A stretch of DNA of 64,000 nucleotides. Source: Tubulanus polymorphus. Its lineage: Eukaryota > Animalia > Nemertea. Below, one piece after another: positions 41,001-52,816 of the stretch. The position numbers were made by a program, and so were the translations under genes. The stretch is taken from assembly GCF_964204645.1 (NCBI RefSeq), contig NC_134028.1, positions 24,734,345 through 24,798,344 on the forward strand. Direction: 5' to 3'. The stretch's first letter is position 1, and each line of letters begins with the position of its first letter. The notes beneath the pieces were generated by a model. It saw only the letters and a list, made by a program, of their open reading frames with translations, was not told where the DNA came from and searched no databases.

Positions 41001-44000
41001 CCCCTGTGACAGTTTCTAATGCTACAAGTCTACAGTAGATCATACAGATTCCCCAGTGACAGTTTCTACTGCTACAAGTCTACAGTAGATCACACAGATT
41101 CCCCTGTGACAGTTTCTACTGCTACAAGTCTACAGTAGATCACACAGATTCCCCTGTGGCAGTTTCTACTGCTACCAGTCTACAATAGATCACACAGATT
41201 CCCCTGTGACAGTTTCTACTGCTACCAGTCTACAGTAGATCATACAGATTTCGCAGTAGAACGTGTAATGAAAAGCTTTCTATTATCCCTCGTAATGTGA
41301 AGCCAATAATTTACAGATGACGTTGATTTATAATCGTACTCCGACCCGACATCTCTAGTAGAAGATGAAATGCAATGTCCTCACAAACAGAAAATTGGCT
41401 TAGCACATTCATGTTAATTATCGATCATATATCCTTCAAACTCAGAATGTCATTATTAGCGCCATCTTCATGGTCACATGGCCTGGCATAACTGAAGTTA
41501 CCTGGAGTATTCTAGATCAACATAATATTTATCCGAGGGGTCTCTAGTGAGAGACTAACTCTTTCCAGTAAACTCACTGGCTCTTCGAAGACAGGAAGGT
41601 ACGTACTGCCCTCAGGTGCTATTTCGGAATTTTAGTTAAGAAGTAAAGAAGTAAATTGATGACTCAATGAACGGATCACACAAAAAACCGAAATATTGTC
41701 CCACTCTGAAAGGGTTTATCTTAGATTTGCGTGTTTTTAACTGTACTATTTCGTTAAGGGTTTACGAAGTTGTAGCTCTTCTTCACAATACAGAATTAGA
41801 TGATAGCAGATTGAAGAGTGAATCCAGTGTAACGGGTTATCACAACAGTATCAGTAACGCAGTACTATACCAACGCCTCAGGACATATTGAAAGGACAGT
41901 CTGCACAGGGTCACAGTGTATCATCAATTGATTCGCACTTTAAGACTCTTTGATAATTATCAGCGCAGGATGGCGGATGATGGACGGATAGTTCAAACAT
42001 GGACATTTCTGCCTAGTTTATGTGTACATCCGTGGTTCACCAAGATGATGATTAGAAAGCAATTCAATCTCGTGGTATCCAGTTCCAGGTTTGTCCTTGA
42101 ATTTGACCGTAGGGTCAATTGAGTGAAATGTAACTGACAAACGGATCCTAGGTCAGAAATCATTAAAACTGGTGTCAAATCTGAACTCAAATTTCGATGG
42201 CACTCGATCCAAATCGCCCTGATCACAGTCAAAACTGAATTCATAGTTCTGATTACACATAGTCAAGGCAACAGATCTGAATCCGCTGATTGCAGCAGTC
42301 AAATCCAAAGATTCCATGGAAAGTGGGTTCAGATGCCCTGATTACGGTGAAGTCATTCACTGAAATATCGCGGAATAAAAACTGCCGGCTAGTCATTCAG
42401 ATAATTCGGATTGATTGAGCGTCTCTTGACTGTTTGAAACTGGATGATTTTTCTATCCCCACATGACCAGCCATCTGTGCAGCAGATATCTGCTGATGTA
42501 TGACTAGTAGTAATTAATAATCGGGAGAATGTGACACTAGACTGAGACACGAGAGGCTGTTACACACACAATCACATGTAAAATGATTAATCATTGACAG
42601 GAGTATCTGAGTTTAAGAGAACTAGTGTTAATTACAAACAGGACAGTAAAACCCTGATACAGGACAGTTCAACCCAGATACAGGATAGTTCTACCCAGGT
42701 ACAGGAGACATGACAACTCAACCCTGATACAGGAGACAGGATAACTCAACCCTGATACAGGACACAGGACAACTCAACCCTGATACAGGAGACAGGATAA
42801 CTCAACCCTGATACAGGAGACAGGACAACTCAACCCTGATACAGGAGACAAGACAACTCGACCCTGATACAGGAGACAGGACAACTCAACCCTGATACAG
42901 GAGACAGGACAACTCGACCCTGATACAGGAGACAGGACAACTCAACCCTGATACAGGAGACAGGACAACTCGACCCTGATACAGGAGACAGGACAACTCG
43001 ACCCTGATACAGGAGACAGGACAACTCGACCCTGATACAGGAGACAGGACAACTCAACCCTGATACAGGAGACAGGACAACTCGACCCTGATACAGGAGA
43101 CAGGACAACTCGACCCTGATACAGGGGACAGGACAACTCAACCCTGATACAGGAGACAGGACAACTCGACCCTGATACAGGAGACAGGACAACTCAACCC
43201 TGATACAGGAGACAGGACAACTCGACCCTGATACAGGAGACAGGACAACTCGACCCTGATACAGGAGACAGGACAACTCGACCCTGATACAGGAGACAGG
43301 ACAACTCAACCCTGATACAGGAGACAGGACAACTCAACCCTGATACAGGAGACAGTACAGCTCGACCCTGATACAGGAGACAGGACAACTCAACCCTGAT
43401 ACAGGAGACAGGATAACTCAACCCTGATACAGGAGACAGGACAGCTCAACCCTGATACAGGAGACAGGATAACTCAACCCTGATACAGGAGACAGGACAG
43501 CTCAACCCTGATACAGGAGACATGACAACTAAACCCTGATACAGGAGACAGGACAGCTCAACCCTGATACAGGAGACATGACAACTAAACCCTGATACAG
43601 GAGACAGGACAACTCAACCCTGATACAGGAGACAGGACAACTCAACCCTGATACAGGGGACAGGACAACTCAACCCTGATACAGGAGACAGGACAACTCA
43701 ACCCTGATACAGGGGACAGGACAACTCGACCCTGATACAGGAGACAGGACAACTCGACCCTGATACAGGAGACAGGACAACTCAACCTACTCATCAATGA
43801 TTACAAGGGCTACAAGAAACTGTTCATTAGAGTCACGATCATACAAGCTTTTTTAACCAGGTCAAATTTATTCCGTGCCAGATTATACCAGGCCAATTGT
43901 TCCAACAAATGTGTGCGTGCGGCAGAGTGCGAGTTAGACCAAAAATGTCAGACCAGGCTCTTGGCAAATTTCGTGGCATATCTTGTGTGAATGCTACTTG

Positions 44001-47000
44001 GTTTTGGAAGCAACTCGGCTCATTTGCCACAGCATCGAGTGAGTGAATGCACTCTCTTATTAACTGTGGGCTAATTTGACCTGCACCAAATCATCTCCGT
44101 GTGTGATTGCAGCTTGAAGCAGTCAGTAAAAAACTTTGAATTCGACTTATTCTGGCTCGTAAGTCAAACATAACACGGGATAAATGGTCTATTACACTAA
44201 AAATATAAAAAATCGTATTACTTATACTGGATATAACGAAATATCTTTCATTTGTATGCGTAGTTTATGAGGAATGCAGGGATGAAGGTTTTTTCATGGA
44301 TATGATATAAATATAGACCACTTGTATAAAACCACGAAGAAAATCTGATAGCAGCAGAAAAAAACGTAAATCTCGAGAGAACATTCGAATCGCCGGAGTC
44401 TGGTAACAATTATCAACATGTTCAAAATGCCAATAAACATTCAAAGCTATAATAGTTGAGAAGTTGTTTTCAATTTCGGCGGGAAGGTTCATTTCATCGC
44501 AGAACCATCAGAGGCTGCAGTTCGATCAAAATCAAAAGTTAGTTATATAGTTAACCAGTGAACCAGTGGATAGTTGACATAGTGACAATTAAAACTTCAT
44601 TGTTGATTATGGTATTAATCCGCCGGTTAACTTTAACCAACCGTTGAGCAACTGCTGCCGTTGATGAAACAACCCCGAAACATTTCGTACAATTTTCCAG
44701 AGGAGCCAACCAGACGAACCGCGCTATCGGTCTGTATTATCCAAGGAATGCCTTTTCTTTTCTTTTAGATGCCAACCTTCCAATTTTCCTATATCGGCAC
44801 CTGATATACATAGCACAGTCACACGCAGTTTTTCTACCATCAAGGTAAATTCATGAGTACCACAGCAACAATATACCGCTACAGCTGCTGACTCAATGTA
44901 AGGATGGACGAGTAGCTGCGTACAGTGTCTCCATCATCCACAGACACATCCATTCTTATAGTTACAGTACATGCACATATGATAAGATGGACCTGCTACT
45001 AAAAACGACAAAGCAAAATATTGGAAAAACGCTGACACCGGCGAGACCAAACGGTGTTACAACGCCGGTATAAATACATTTCACGCCCCCCCCCCAATCT
45101 CTGTGACATCATCGCGTAACATTCATAAAGAAAGTCAGAAAAATGAAAAGATCGCAAAAATGAAAAGATCGCAAAGATCAATAGTCCTAGCAAATCATCA
45201 ATAAGAAAACTAACTTAAAAGTATATTGAAGCCTTAGAAAACTAACTTAAAAGTATATTGAAGCCTTTAAAATAACGCATGTATCGCAAAATTTATCAAA
45301 ACTAAAATATCTAAGACTAGAGTCATGAAATATATTTGATTATAATATAAATGCCAAAATTCATAGATGTAATAGTTAGAAATGCTAATATTGAAGACAG
45401 TCACATAGTGCACATCAACTCACAAACAGAACCCCTTGATAACGCATACTAGGTAGGGCCTATCAATGTAAATTATAATGGATCTTACGGCGTCAAAAAA
45501 CTAGGGGCCAGTAGTATCAGTATCAGCATATAAGTGAGTGACCGCTCTGCCATCTTGCACTGGTTAGCTGTACATAGTCCGTTATCTGAGTAGTAAGCTA
45601 GTCTGCTTCCGGCTTCAACCTGAACTGCAAGCCAACTTCAGTTACCGCCTGAAGTTAGAACCCGGTCTTAAACCGGCTGCGGGCATCTTGTTTAACGGAT
45701 GAAATAATAGAAAACAGCATCAATTCGCGGTAAACAATTACTGATACCCGTATAGTACAACAACTGCTAGTCGTTTGTTGCGCCGGTATAGGTTTCCATG
45801 GTAACTGTCATGGCTGGAAACGGGTTATAACGAGAGAGTCTGGTTTTTGGTTTTAACGACGGCAGACAATTAATTAATTAACAATCTAATAATCGTTAGT
45901 CGGTAAAAATAACTTGCGCGACTGTGTTAAGGGTTTTTTTATGAGATACATTTCTATTAAGCATAACTGAGATTACTATTCACCTTGTACTGGCTTTTGG
46001 ACAGAACTCTTTCCTACAGTACACCTTATCTTGCCATGGAGGGGCTAGTGCGGCCGTTATCAGGACTACGGATAGATTTAGGCAGATGAAAACTATGAAT
46101 TACCCTGGATGTCGAGATATGAAGAGTAGATTTTCAAATTTGTCATCGATAAATATTTAGATTTTCGATTTAAATTTAGTCGAAACATACCCGGTAGTTA
46201 GACTGACCATTAAGTACCATTTGTAAGACACTATATCCATGTAATGAATATCATCAAGTATTCATCAAGATAAACTACAAGCTCAAGGAAACGTTTTCAC
46301 ACTTTACATTATCTTTTCATTATTGTCGTGGGATTCTCTATGAAAGATCCAGGTCCGTTCTAGAATTCAGTCTAAATTGGGAAAGGAGTAGTAAATCTAA
46401 GGTGGTTTGTTCCATCAACTGATCTAGTCGACTCAAATTCAAGTTTTTAAATAATTTTCCATATTGATGTAATTATCGATCATTGAATGTAATGAGTTCT
46501 CTCCACTGCTCTCATCTCAATGTCAGTAGTAGTCTAGTAAGTACATGTAGTAACAGCACTGCTCATTAATATTGATATCAGTTCAGTAGTAAATATTGAC
46601 TACCATCATACTCAGCACTTTCATACATACCGGTATAGGAAGCTAATAATATAGGCCTCAGGCGTTTATACCATGTCAAACTGAACTGCATTATTCATGA
46701 GTCTCTTCATTGCTGCTTGCAACCCTAAGAGGGTTCAACCTACAACCCTTCAACACAGGGGGTCCAATCATCAACTACAGGGGGTCCAAACCTAGATACA
46801 ACCCTTCAACTACAGGGGGTCCAATCATAGATAGGCCTACAACCCTTCTTCAACTTCAGGGTCCAACCTTTAGATAGTTACCCATCATAGGCTACTATAG
46901 ACAGGGTTCAAACTACAATCCCTGTGATTATAGGGTCAGTTTGAATCTCATATCCAAGATTCACTTCCAGAAAATACTGGTTGTATTATTTCAGAAAAAT

Positions 47001-47441
47001 AGATTTTATTCCCAAAAATATCATTCAGGGCCTTAGGGGCCTAGATACCACAGGGCCTAGGCAATGTAATTTCATAGCTTACCATAAGAAGGATGAAAGC
47101 TATGACAACAGAACTATGACAAGTTTTAATGAGCTGGGATTTAATACTATTAATAACCTATCTAACATTTGGCACTCTGTCCCTGTGTAATCAATTTGTG
47201 CCACAGCCTTTTGGCTCTGAGTCCGAGAAGGGCAATATAATAGCAGTAGGCCCTATAGTAAATCTAACCAATTCCTGGACCAGTAATTGGGCGGATAATT
47301 TGGTAGTGATACAGACAGTGACTGTGTTATGAGTCTGTCAGGTGTTGTGTCAGTGTGACTGTCAGTGTCAGACTCTTCGACTGTTATAGTAACACCTCTC
47401 TGGAAATAAAATGTTGTCTTCTTACCTTCAATTAATTCCAT
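25985..47441 (-). CDS. AFAP1: Actin filament-associated protein 1-like adaptor (two PH domains, Tyr motifs, C-terminal coiled coil)
   Basis: Exons 47441-47426 (MELIE), 36931-36689, 36288-36185, [35592-35488 possible cassette], 34743-34658, 34408-34280, 33518-33194 (PH1), 32504-32409, 32054-31955, 31761-31606, 31278-31049 and 30954-30730 (PH2), 30289-30016, 29500-29332, 29023-28861, 28076-27984, 26005-25985. N-terminus MELIEEKLPGIEDFICRILAKEKLS and C-terminus VLERMKQFESQS* resemble AFAP1/AFAP1L. Confidence 0.8.
26470..26555 (+). mobile_element. Penelope-like fragment with mutated minimal hammerhead
   Basis: CTAATGA(26474)-T-GGCTAAC-agtt-GTTAGCT-GAAACGTC followed by a cttcgttattgtgg tail shared with the copy at ~61050-61135. 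Confidence 0.5.
28120..28409 (+). mobile_element. piggyBac-like MITE (family copy)
   Basis: CCCTTTCAGTGC ... GCACTGAAAGGG|TTAA with internal acaccgcagtgcggtgta palindromes. Related copies at 32799-~32975 (reverse), 33084-~33150 and 49247-49416. Confidence 0.7.
30435..30655. repeat. ~32-bp tandem repeat built from the 5' half of the hammerhead-like repeat, plus family tail
   Basis: Units tagtcatcttcaggaatacaggactactagga (minus strand: tattcCTGAAGATGACTA..TAGTC), then gtcgtaacgttgaata and gctcaaaggaaacatttcaaactttat as in the copies at ~37000 and ~46270. Confidence 0.6.
33680..34203. repeat. ~64-bp G-rich minisatellite, ~8 copies
   Basis: aatgtctaggaggctgtttaaggctgaaggggtgtagcctagttcagggttgaaggtggcggtg recurs at 33721, 33785, 33848, 33912 and onward. 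Confidence 0.9.
35107..35454. mobile_element. Non-autonomous DNA transposon (CAGGG TIR, 6-bp TSD)
   Basis: TTTGAT|CAGGGTTCTTA ... TAAGAACCCTG|TTTGAT. Confidence 0.7.
36988..37140 (-). ncRNA. Minimal type-I hammerhead ribozyme-like motif in an inverted Penelope-like repeat
   Basis: Minus strand aaatc-CTGAAGA-T-GACTA-ctaggata-TAGTC-GAAACGTT-gaata (37040-36997). 36988-37024 and 37048-37084 are inverted repeats. Confidence 0.55.
37705..37975. repeat. Imperfect ~64-bp tandem repeat
   Basis: cctgtgaggaacgcac.ttcacagcagacactgacaacctgcca.acactcatgagtggcaacaa, ~4 copies, followed by (CTG)n at ~38012-38046. Confidence 0.7.
38205..38898. repeat. 16-bp minisatellite, ~43 copies
   Basis: gcccttacttcgctca in tandem with few variants. 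Confidence 0.95.
40330..41250. repeat. 50-bp minisatellite, ~18 copies
   Basis: tagatcacacagattcccctgtgacagtttctactgctaccagtctacag with an exact 50-bp period. Confidence 0.95.
42640..43788. repeat. 28-bp minisatellite, ~40 copies
   Basis: caggagacaggacaactc(a/g)accctgata in tandem. Confidence 0.95.
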
Positions 47442-48446
47442 CCTAGCGAAGCTTTATTCGGTACTTCGTTTATCAGTAGATAAGACTATAAATCCAGATA
47501 TCGAATTTACGGACGCATATTTGTTGATTTATCAGCTTCATCTAGACAAATATGAATATCCCAGCTTTCTTGTGAAAATCCACCATCATGACACAATAAT
47601 GAGGCACGTGGCGCCATCTCTTGTACGTATCAGCATCGTCATCATCCGCATCATCTCATCAACGGGCGAAACGCGGTATCGGGCGCATTTTTTTGGGCAG
47701 GGCCCCAGTTTCACAAAAAGTTACTAATTTCAACTTGAGGAAACCCGGGGAATACACTAGGATTGTAGAATGACGTAGATCACTGCGGATACAGCCACCT
47801 CCAATCCAAGTCTCAGGGAAAGGGGGCTGCTCGGCCGGGCCCGGTGGTAGCTCTTAACTTCAAAATGTTTGATTCATTGTCCGTGTTTTTAGTAGAAGAA
47901 TTTTTTTACAATCGCTTGCGTGTTTCTGTTCATCCTATTTACTTCATCACTGTCTGATCAGCTTCGGTGATGTGTTGTAAAATAACTTACCAATAAAGTA
48001 ATTTTGAACTGAATTGCTTAATCATCCTCTCCCGGTTGTAATCTAACCGTGAGCTCCGGTGCAGTGCCTCGAATGCGGAAATAAAAATTTTTTATTTTTC
48101 TGATTAATTAATAATTTCTTAACCAATGTGTTAGTTATACGCGTTTTCGTGAATCGAATGAAAAAATAAATGAAGCTGATTTTAAATTATCCAACATACG
48201 AATAAAAAGGTAGAGAATTATCGTCGATTTGATGATAGAAATCTAAATCTATATCTGATAGTCTGTGTATAAACTGTTCAGTTGTATTTATCAGTTTATA
48301 CTTCAGCCTACAACTATACTACTAAACCCAGTTCTACAGTTATGAGTTAGAGTTAACTCTGATTTAAGGGCCAAGAAAATGCATGATTCTTGTATCTTTC
48401 CCTTGTTTTATGTTCTGTCAAATTTTCTATTTGATGCAGCAGCAAG

Positions 48447-51400
48447 ATGCAAGAAATTGTTTCAAACGTAGAGAATATTATATTTGATATAGATGTTGCC
48501 CTCGAGGAACAGCGAGGGGCAATTCCTCTACCATTCCCTGGCATGGACAGTAAGTATTCATAGAAATTATTTCGCCTGAACTCATATTTAAGTTGAATTA
48601 TTGAAAAACTTTGTTGGCTTAGTTAGCTTTGAAATTTTTGGTATTATGCTGTGACTGTGAGGATGGCCAACACTAAATTTTGTCAATATTAAGTTGTTGA
48701 ATTCCAGTGATGGAATTGGGGCGAAAAATCATGGAATCAAAAGATGGGGCATGGAGACTATGAACCTTGAAAAGATAGTGAATGTCAATTATATTAGTGG
48801 TTAATAGTTCTGCTGACTATTCCAGAATATCCTATGCATTTTTGAAAAGTCATAGATCGGTTATGTGGGCTATGAACGCTATAAAATTTCATTCCGAATT
48901 TTTCAGAATCGGGAGCAGCTATTTGCACATTCTATCAGAAGGCTGTGTGTCACAAGGGAAACGCGTGTCCGTTCAGACACGTGAAGGGCGACCGTGAAAT
49001 CGTTTGTAAACATTGGCTTCGAGGATTGTGTAAGAAAGGAGATGATTGTGAATTCTTGCACGAATACGACATGTCGAAAATGCCTGAATGTTATTTCTAT
49101 TCGAAATTCGGTAAGTTTTCAATGACCAGCCGCAATATTTGATAACTCTCAAACTCACTTATCGTCGTTGCAATTGGAACAATCATTGTATCATTATCTG
49201 ACGTCTCAAAATGTGTTTTGTGTTTTGACATCGAACAAAGGTTTAACCCTTTCCGTGCTGACTCATTAATACCCTATAGTGCTGGAGAAAATGTGAAAAT
49301 TTTGAAAAAACTCTCCCTAGTTTGTTGAATAACGGGAATACCACCAAAGTGCGTCTACACCGCGGTGCAGTGTATCATTAGTTACACCGCACTGCGGTGT
49401 AGATGCACTGAAAGGGTTAACCAGTTGAATCGAATATATTTTCTTTTTGACTAATTTGCGTGTAAAATGTTATGTTGCTCTGTATTTTGATTTCACTATG
49501 TTTTCCAGGTGCGTGCAGTAATAAAGAATGTCCTTTCTTACACATTGATCCCGAATCAAAAATAAAAGATTGTCCTTGGTACGACAGAGGTTTCTGTCGA
49601 CACGGTGAGCGATGACATGAATGAATATTACAATTATTTAGCTCGATCAATAGTGAGAAAATTTATGAAATATTTTTTCAGGTCCGAATTGTAAGAATCG
49701 ACATGTCAGACGTGTCATTTGTCCGAACTATTTATGTGGATTTTGTCCTGAAGGACCGAACTGTAAATTCATGCAGTAAGTTACTCGACTATAAGTGAAA
49801 TGAGTGATAACCCCTTGTTTCGGGTATCTATCTGCAGCTTGGACCCTGTACCCTCAGACATTTGACTACATCCACCAAATTCAGTACAGGACTTTCTTTT
49901 TACCCTATTATGTTGTTACTGAATTAGAAGAAAAAGAGTTAAGTGGTGTAAAGGATACAAATTTTCTTATAAAACCACTGAATAAACAGTACCATTTTAG
50001 AAGGAGTCTACTGCAATTGGGAGATAAAAGTGATTTTGAGAATTCCTTGAAAGCTCCTTATACCCAGGAATGACCGATCTGTAGGGATCGTGATTCAGTT
50101 AATGATGTCTGAAGGTGTGGATCAGGGGAGCTGCTGATTGATGCAAACCTTATGATAAACCGGGCTAAAAAACTTAACTGTTGACGTTCTCTTTTTCTAG
50201 TCCGAAGTTTGATATTCCGTCGACCGATCCAAATGATAAAACTCGTAAAACTCTCCTCATTTGTCACTATTGCGGTGAATTCGGTCACAAGGCGAACTCG
50301 TGTTTCAAAGCTAAAGACGCTGGCGTGTTAACTCTACCGAATACAGGACCGGCCGGTCAACCGAAAAACTTCACTAATCCAGCTGTAAGTTTAACTACAG
50401 TAACTCTGTTTATCTCGGACAGGGCGGCCGCTAACCTAGAAATCTCAGGGAGTCAGAAAAATTTAGAAATCAGAGATGATTGTCGACTGTAATGCCATAT
50501 TTTTTCCTGATCCCTATGATGGCCTTGCAACTGGCTTCGACTGTATACATCTCAGAATTTCTATAAATTGTTGCAATTTCTTTCTGAAATAAGCAATATA
50601 GATATACAACTGTTAATGTTTTAAAATAAACCGGTGAAGTAACTCCCTAAATTTTTCTGTTCATTCGAATAAAACTTGTTCTTTCTTTTTACAGACGATT
50701 CCGCTGACTGACCGCACGAATCAAACGGGAGGTTCGGCGTTATCGATCAATACGGGAAACCCCGGCGTCGGCGGCAATACGGCCCCGGTCCCTCATACCC
50801 CGAGACCGTTCTATCAGCAGGGATTCCGGCCACGATTTCAACAACATTACGGTCATCGATTTCAAGGTCAGCACAATAACGGTACTCCGAAACGAGCCCT
50901 AGAAACCGTCACTTGTTATAAGGTAAGAGAGTCGTTCAGAATCGGGTTAATTTTCAACACTGTATCCAGGCCCTGTGTACACACTACTAGGCATAATGGG
51001 AAATATCAGGGAATTTTCTTTTCTTTAAAAGAGTCGGGGATTTTTGTAAAAAGCTAAGAATCGGGGAAATAGGGGAATTCATTGAGATTGCATCTTGCAT
51101 CTACATCTTACATATTTGACTGCGTTTATCGATTGCATTCGTAGCAGATCAAGTCGGGAAAGCAACGCGTATGTCAGGGAAAAAGCGATTCAAATTTAAG
51201 TGGCCAACCTGCCATTCAAACTCCTCTAGCATTAGCTACAGCATTTTAATTAGCGTGCCCACTCAGGATATACATAACATCAGGCTCGTCCTGCCGAGTA
51301 GAAATCTTATCATTATCTCCTAACATTTTTGTTTTGTATTTTTCAGTGCGGTGAGAAGGGACATTACGCCAACAAATGTCCGAAAGGTCATTTAGCATTT

Positions 51401-51502
51401 CTCAGTAACCCGGGTAACCTGCCCGGCAATGCTGCAGCCCAGCAACAAGGATTCCGTCATCCAGCACCCCAACCGACTGTTTCATACGGCTGGGGCCATT
51501 GA
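48447..51502 (+). CDS. CPSF4: Cleavage and polyadenylation specificity factor subunit 4 (CPSF30/Clipper)
   Basis: Exons 48447-48549, 48907-49110, 49509-49604, 49682-49775, 50201-50384, 50695-50922, 51347-51502. [46 protein letters not shown], five CCCH fingers and two CCHC knuckles. AATAAA at 52150. Confidence 0.96.
49247..49416 (+). mobile_element. piggyBac-like MITE, both ends intact
   Basis: TTAA|CCCTTTCCGTGC ... GCACTGAAAGGG|TTAA in CPSF4 intron 2. Confidence 0.75.
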
Positions 51503-52657
51503 AATCGGGAATACAAGTGACCTTTTATTCATGTATATGTGTTTCGATTGCATTAACACTGCTCAGCATGTAGAACAGCCTCGGTGAAAATGACGAATGA
51601 ATTTCTAGTGTTAAATATTGTGGATATCTGCAATATATTTGTTTTAAGAAAACATCTGGAATCACATGGATTTGAACTCGGGGGGTTCATACAGATCAGG
51701 GAATTCTGGATTTGTTATTCCCTGCAAAGAAACCGAAGGAATCCAATTCATTTCTTGAGAATCAGAATTCCGGTGTGTGTCTTGTTGGTGACGAGTGTCA
51801 CAAGGAGCCTCAAGAAACAGCCCCATACTGAGGATATCTTCATCAGGGGAATTTTGGTCAGTGAAATATCGGTTATTTTCGATTCCCCGTAGCGTAAGAA
51901 CTCTCAAGCTTATTTTTTTACTACCACTTTGAATGAAAATATATCAAGAGTTTGTTGTAAGAAATTGGAAAAATTTGAGATTTATCACCTGTCTAATTTT
52001 TCCAGTTATCCCTCAAATTTCACTAATAACACGATGCATTACAGTCATTGTTTATGTGCTGTTTTTACTATTGTTATTTGTGTAGTATAATGTATATCGT
52101 TGCTTGGGAAAAAAAGCATTATTTGTATAAAATGTAAAGATTTGTCATAAATAAAATGATTTGTAAATATATTCTTAGTGTTGTCATTTTCATATTCATT
52201 GGTCAAAACCTCGTTATTAGTAAGTCAGATATAATGATTCTTCAGATATAACAAATAAAGAATTTCGTTCCAAGCAAGATAATTTTTTAATTTCATACCG
52301 GCAAATGGTCTATCCCTGGAACAAACTGATTTTCTGGTCCAGTGAAGTTTGTTGTAACGAGGTTCCACTGTCTGGTCCGGGTGGATATACATATCAGAGA
52401 TCCTATTTGACTGGATGACTTCAAGTTCCATTTGTCATAACAGAAATGAAACTTTCATGCTGGCGCCAAAATATTAACAGCATCGAAAGATAAATGAACT
52501 TACAAAAGATGTACATATTTACAGTATGGAATATGAATAAATATATTTTGTGAAATTTAATAAAAAAATTTCATCTTTCAGAAACAATTATCTAGTATAA
52601 TTTCTAGTTAGATATACATTAAAATTGATGTATCAAAAATAGGCTAGAAATTGAGCA

Positions 52658-52661
<4 letters not shown>

Positions 52662-52713
<52 letters not shown>
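52662..52713. repeat. (TA)n microsatellite
   Basis: About 25 TA units. Confidence 0.95.
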
Positions 52714-52717
<4 letters not shown>

Positions 52718-52816
52718 CTACTTAAAAAAATAAATGAAGATATGATAATTAAGTTGTCAGTTTTTATATGGACGGATATAAATAAAATCTACTGGTTTCG
52801 AGATGGAGAAGAGAGA

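Noticed and set aside
42830-43421. Three Cys-rich minus-strand ORFs
   Set aside because: They are translations of the 28-bp minisatellite.
38205-43788. Regular arrays as CRISPR
   Set aside because: Units are contiguous with no unique spacers, there are no cas genes, and the context is a eukaryotic intron.
51584-51907. Overlapping ORFs on both strands
   Set aside because: Within the CPSF4 3' UTR, with no motifs or consistent splice sites.
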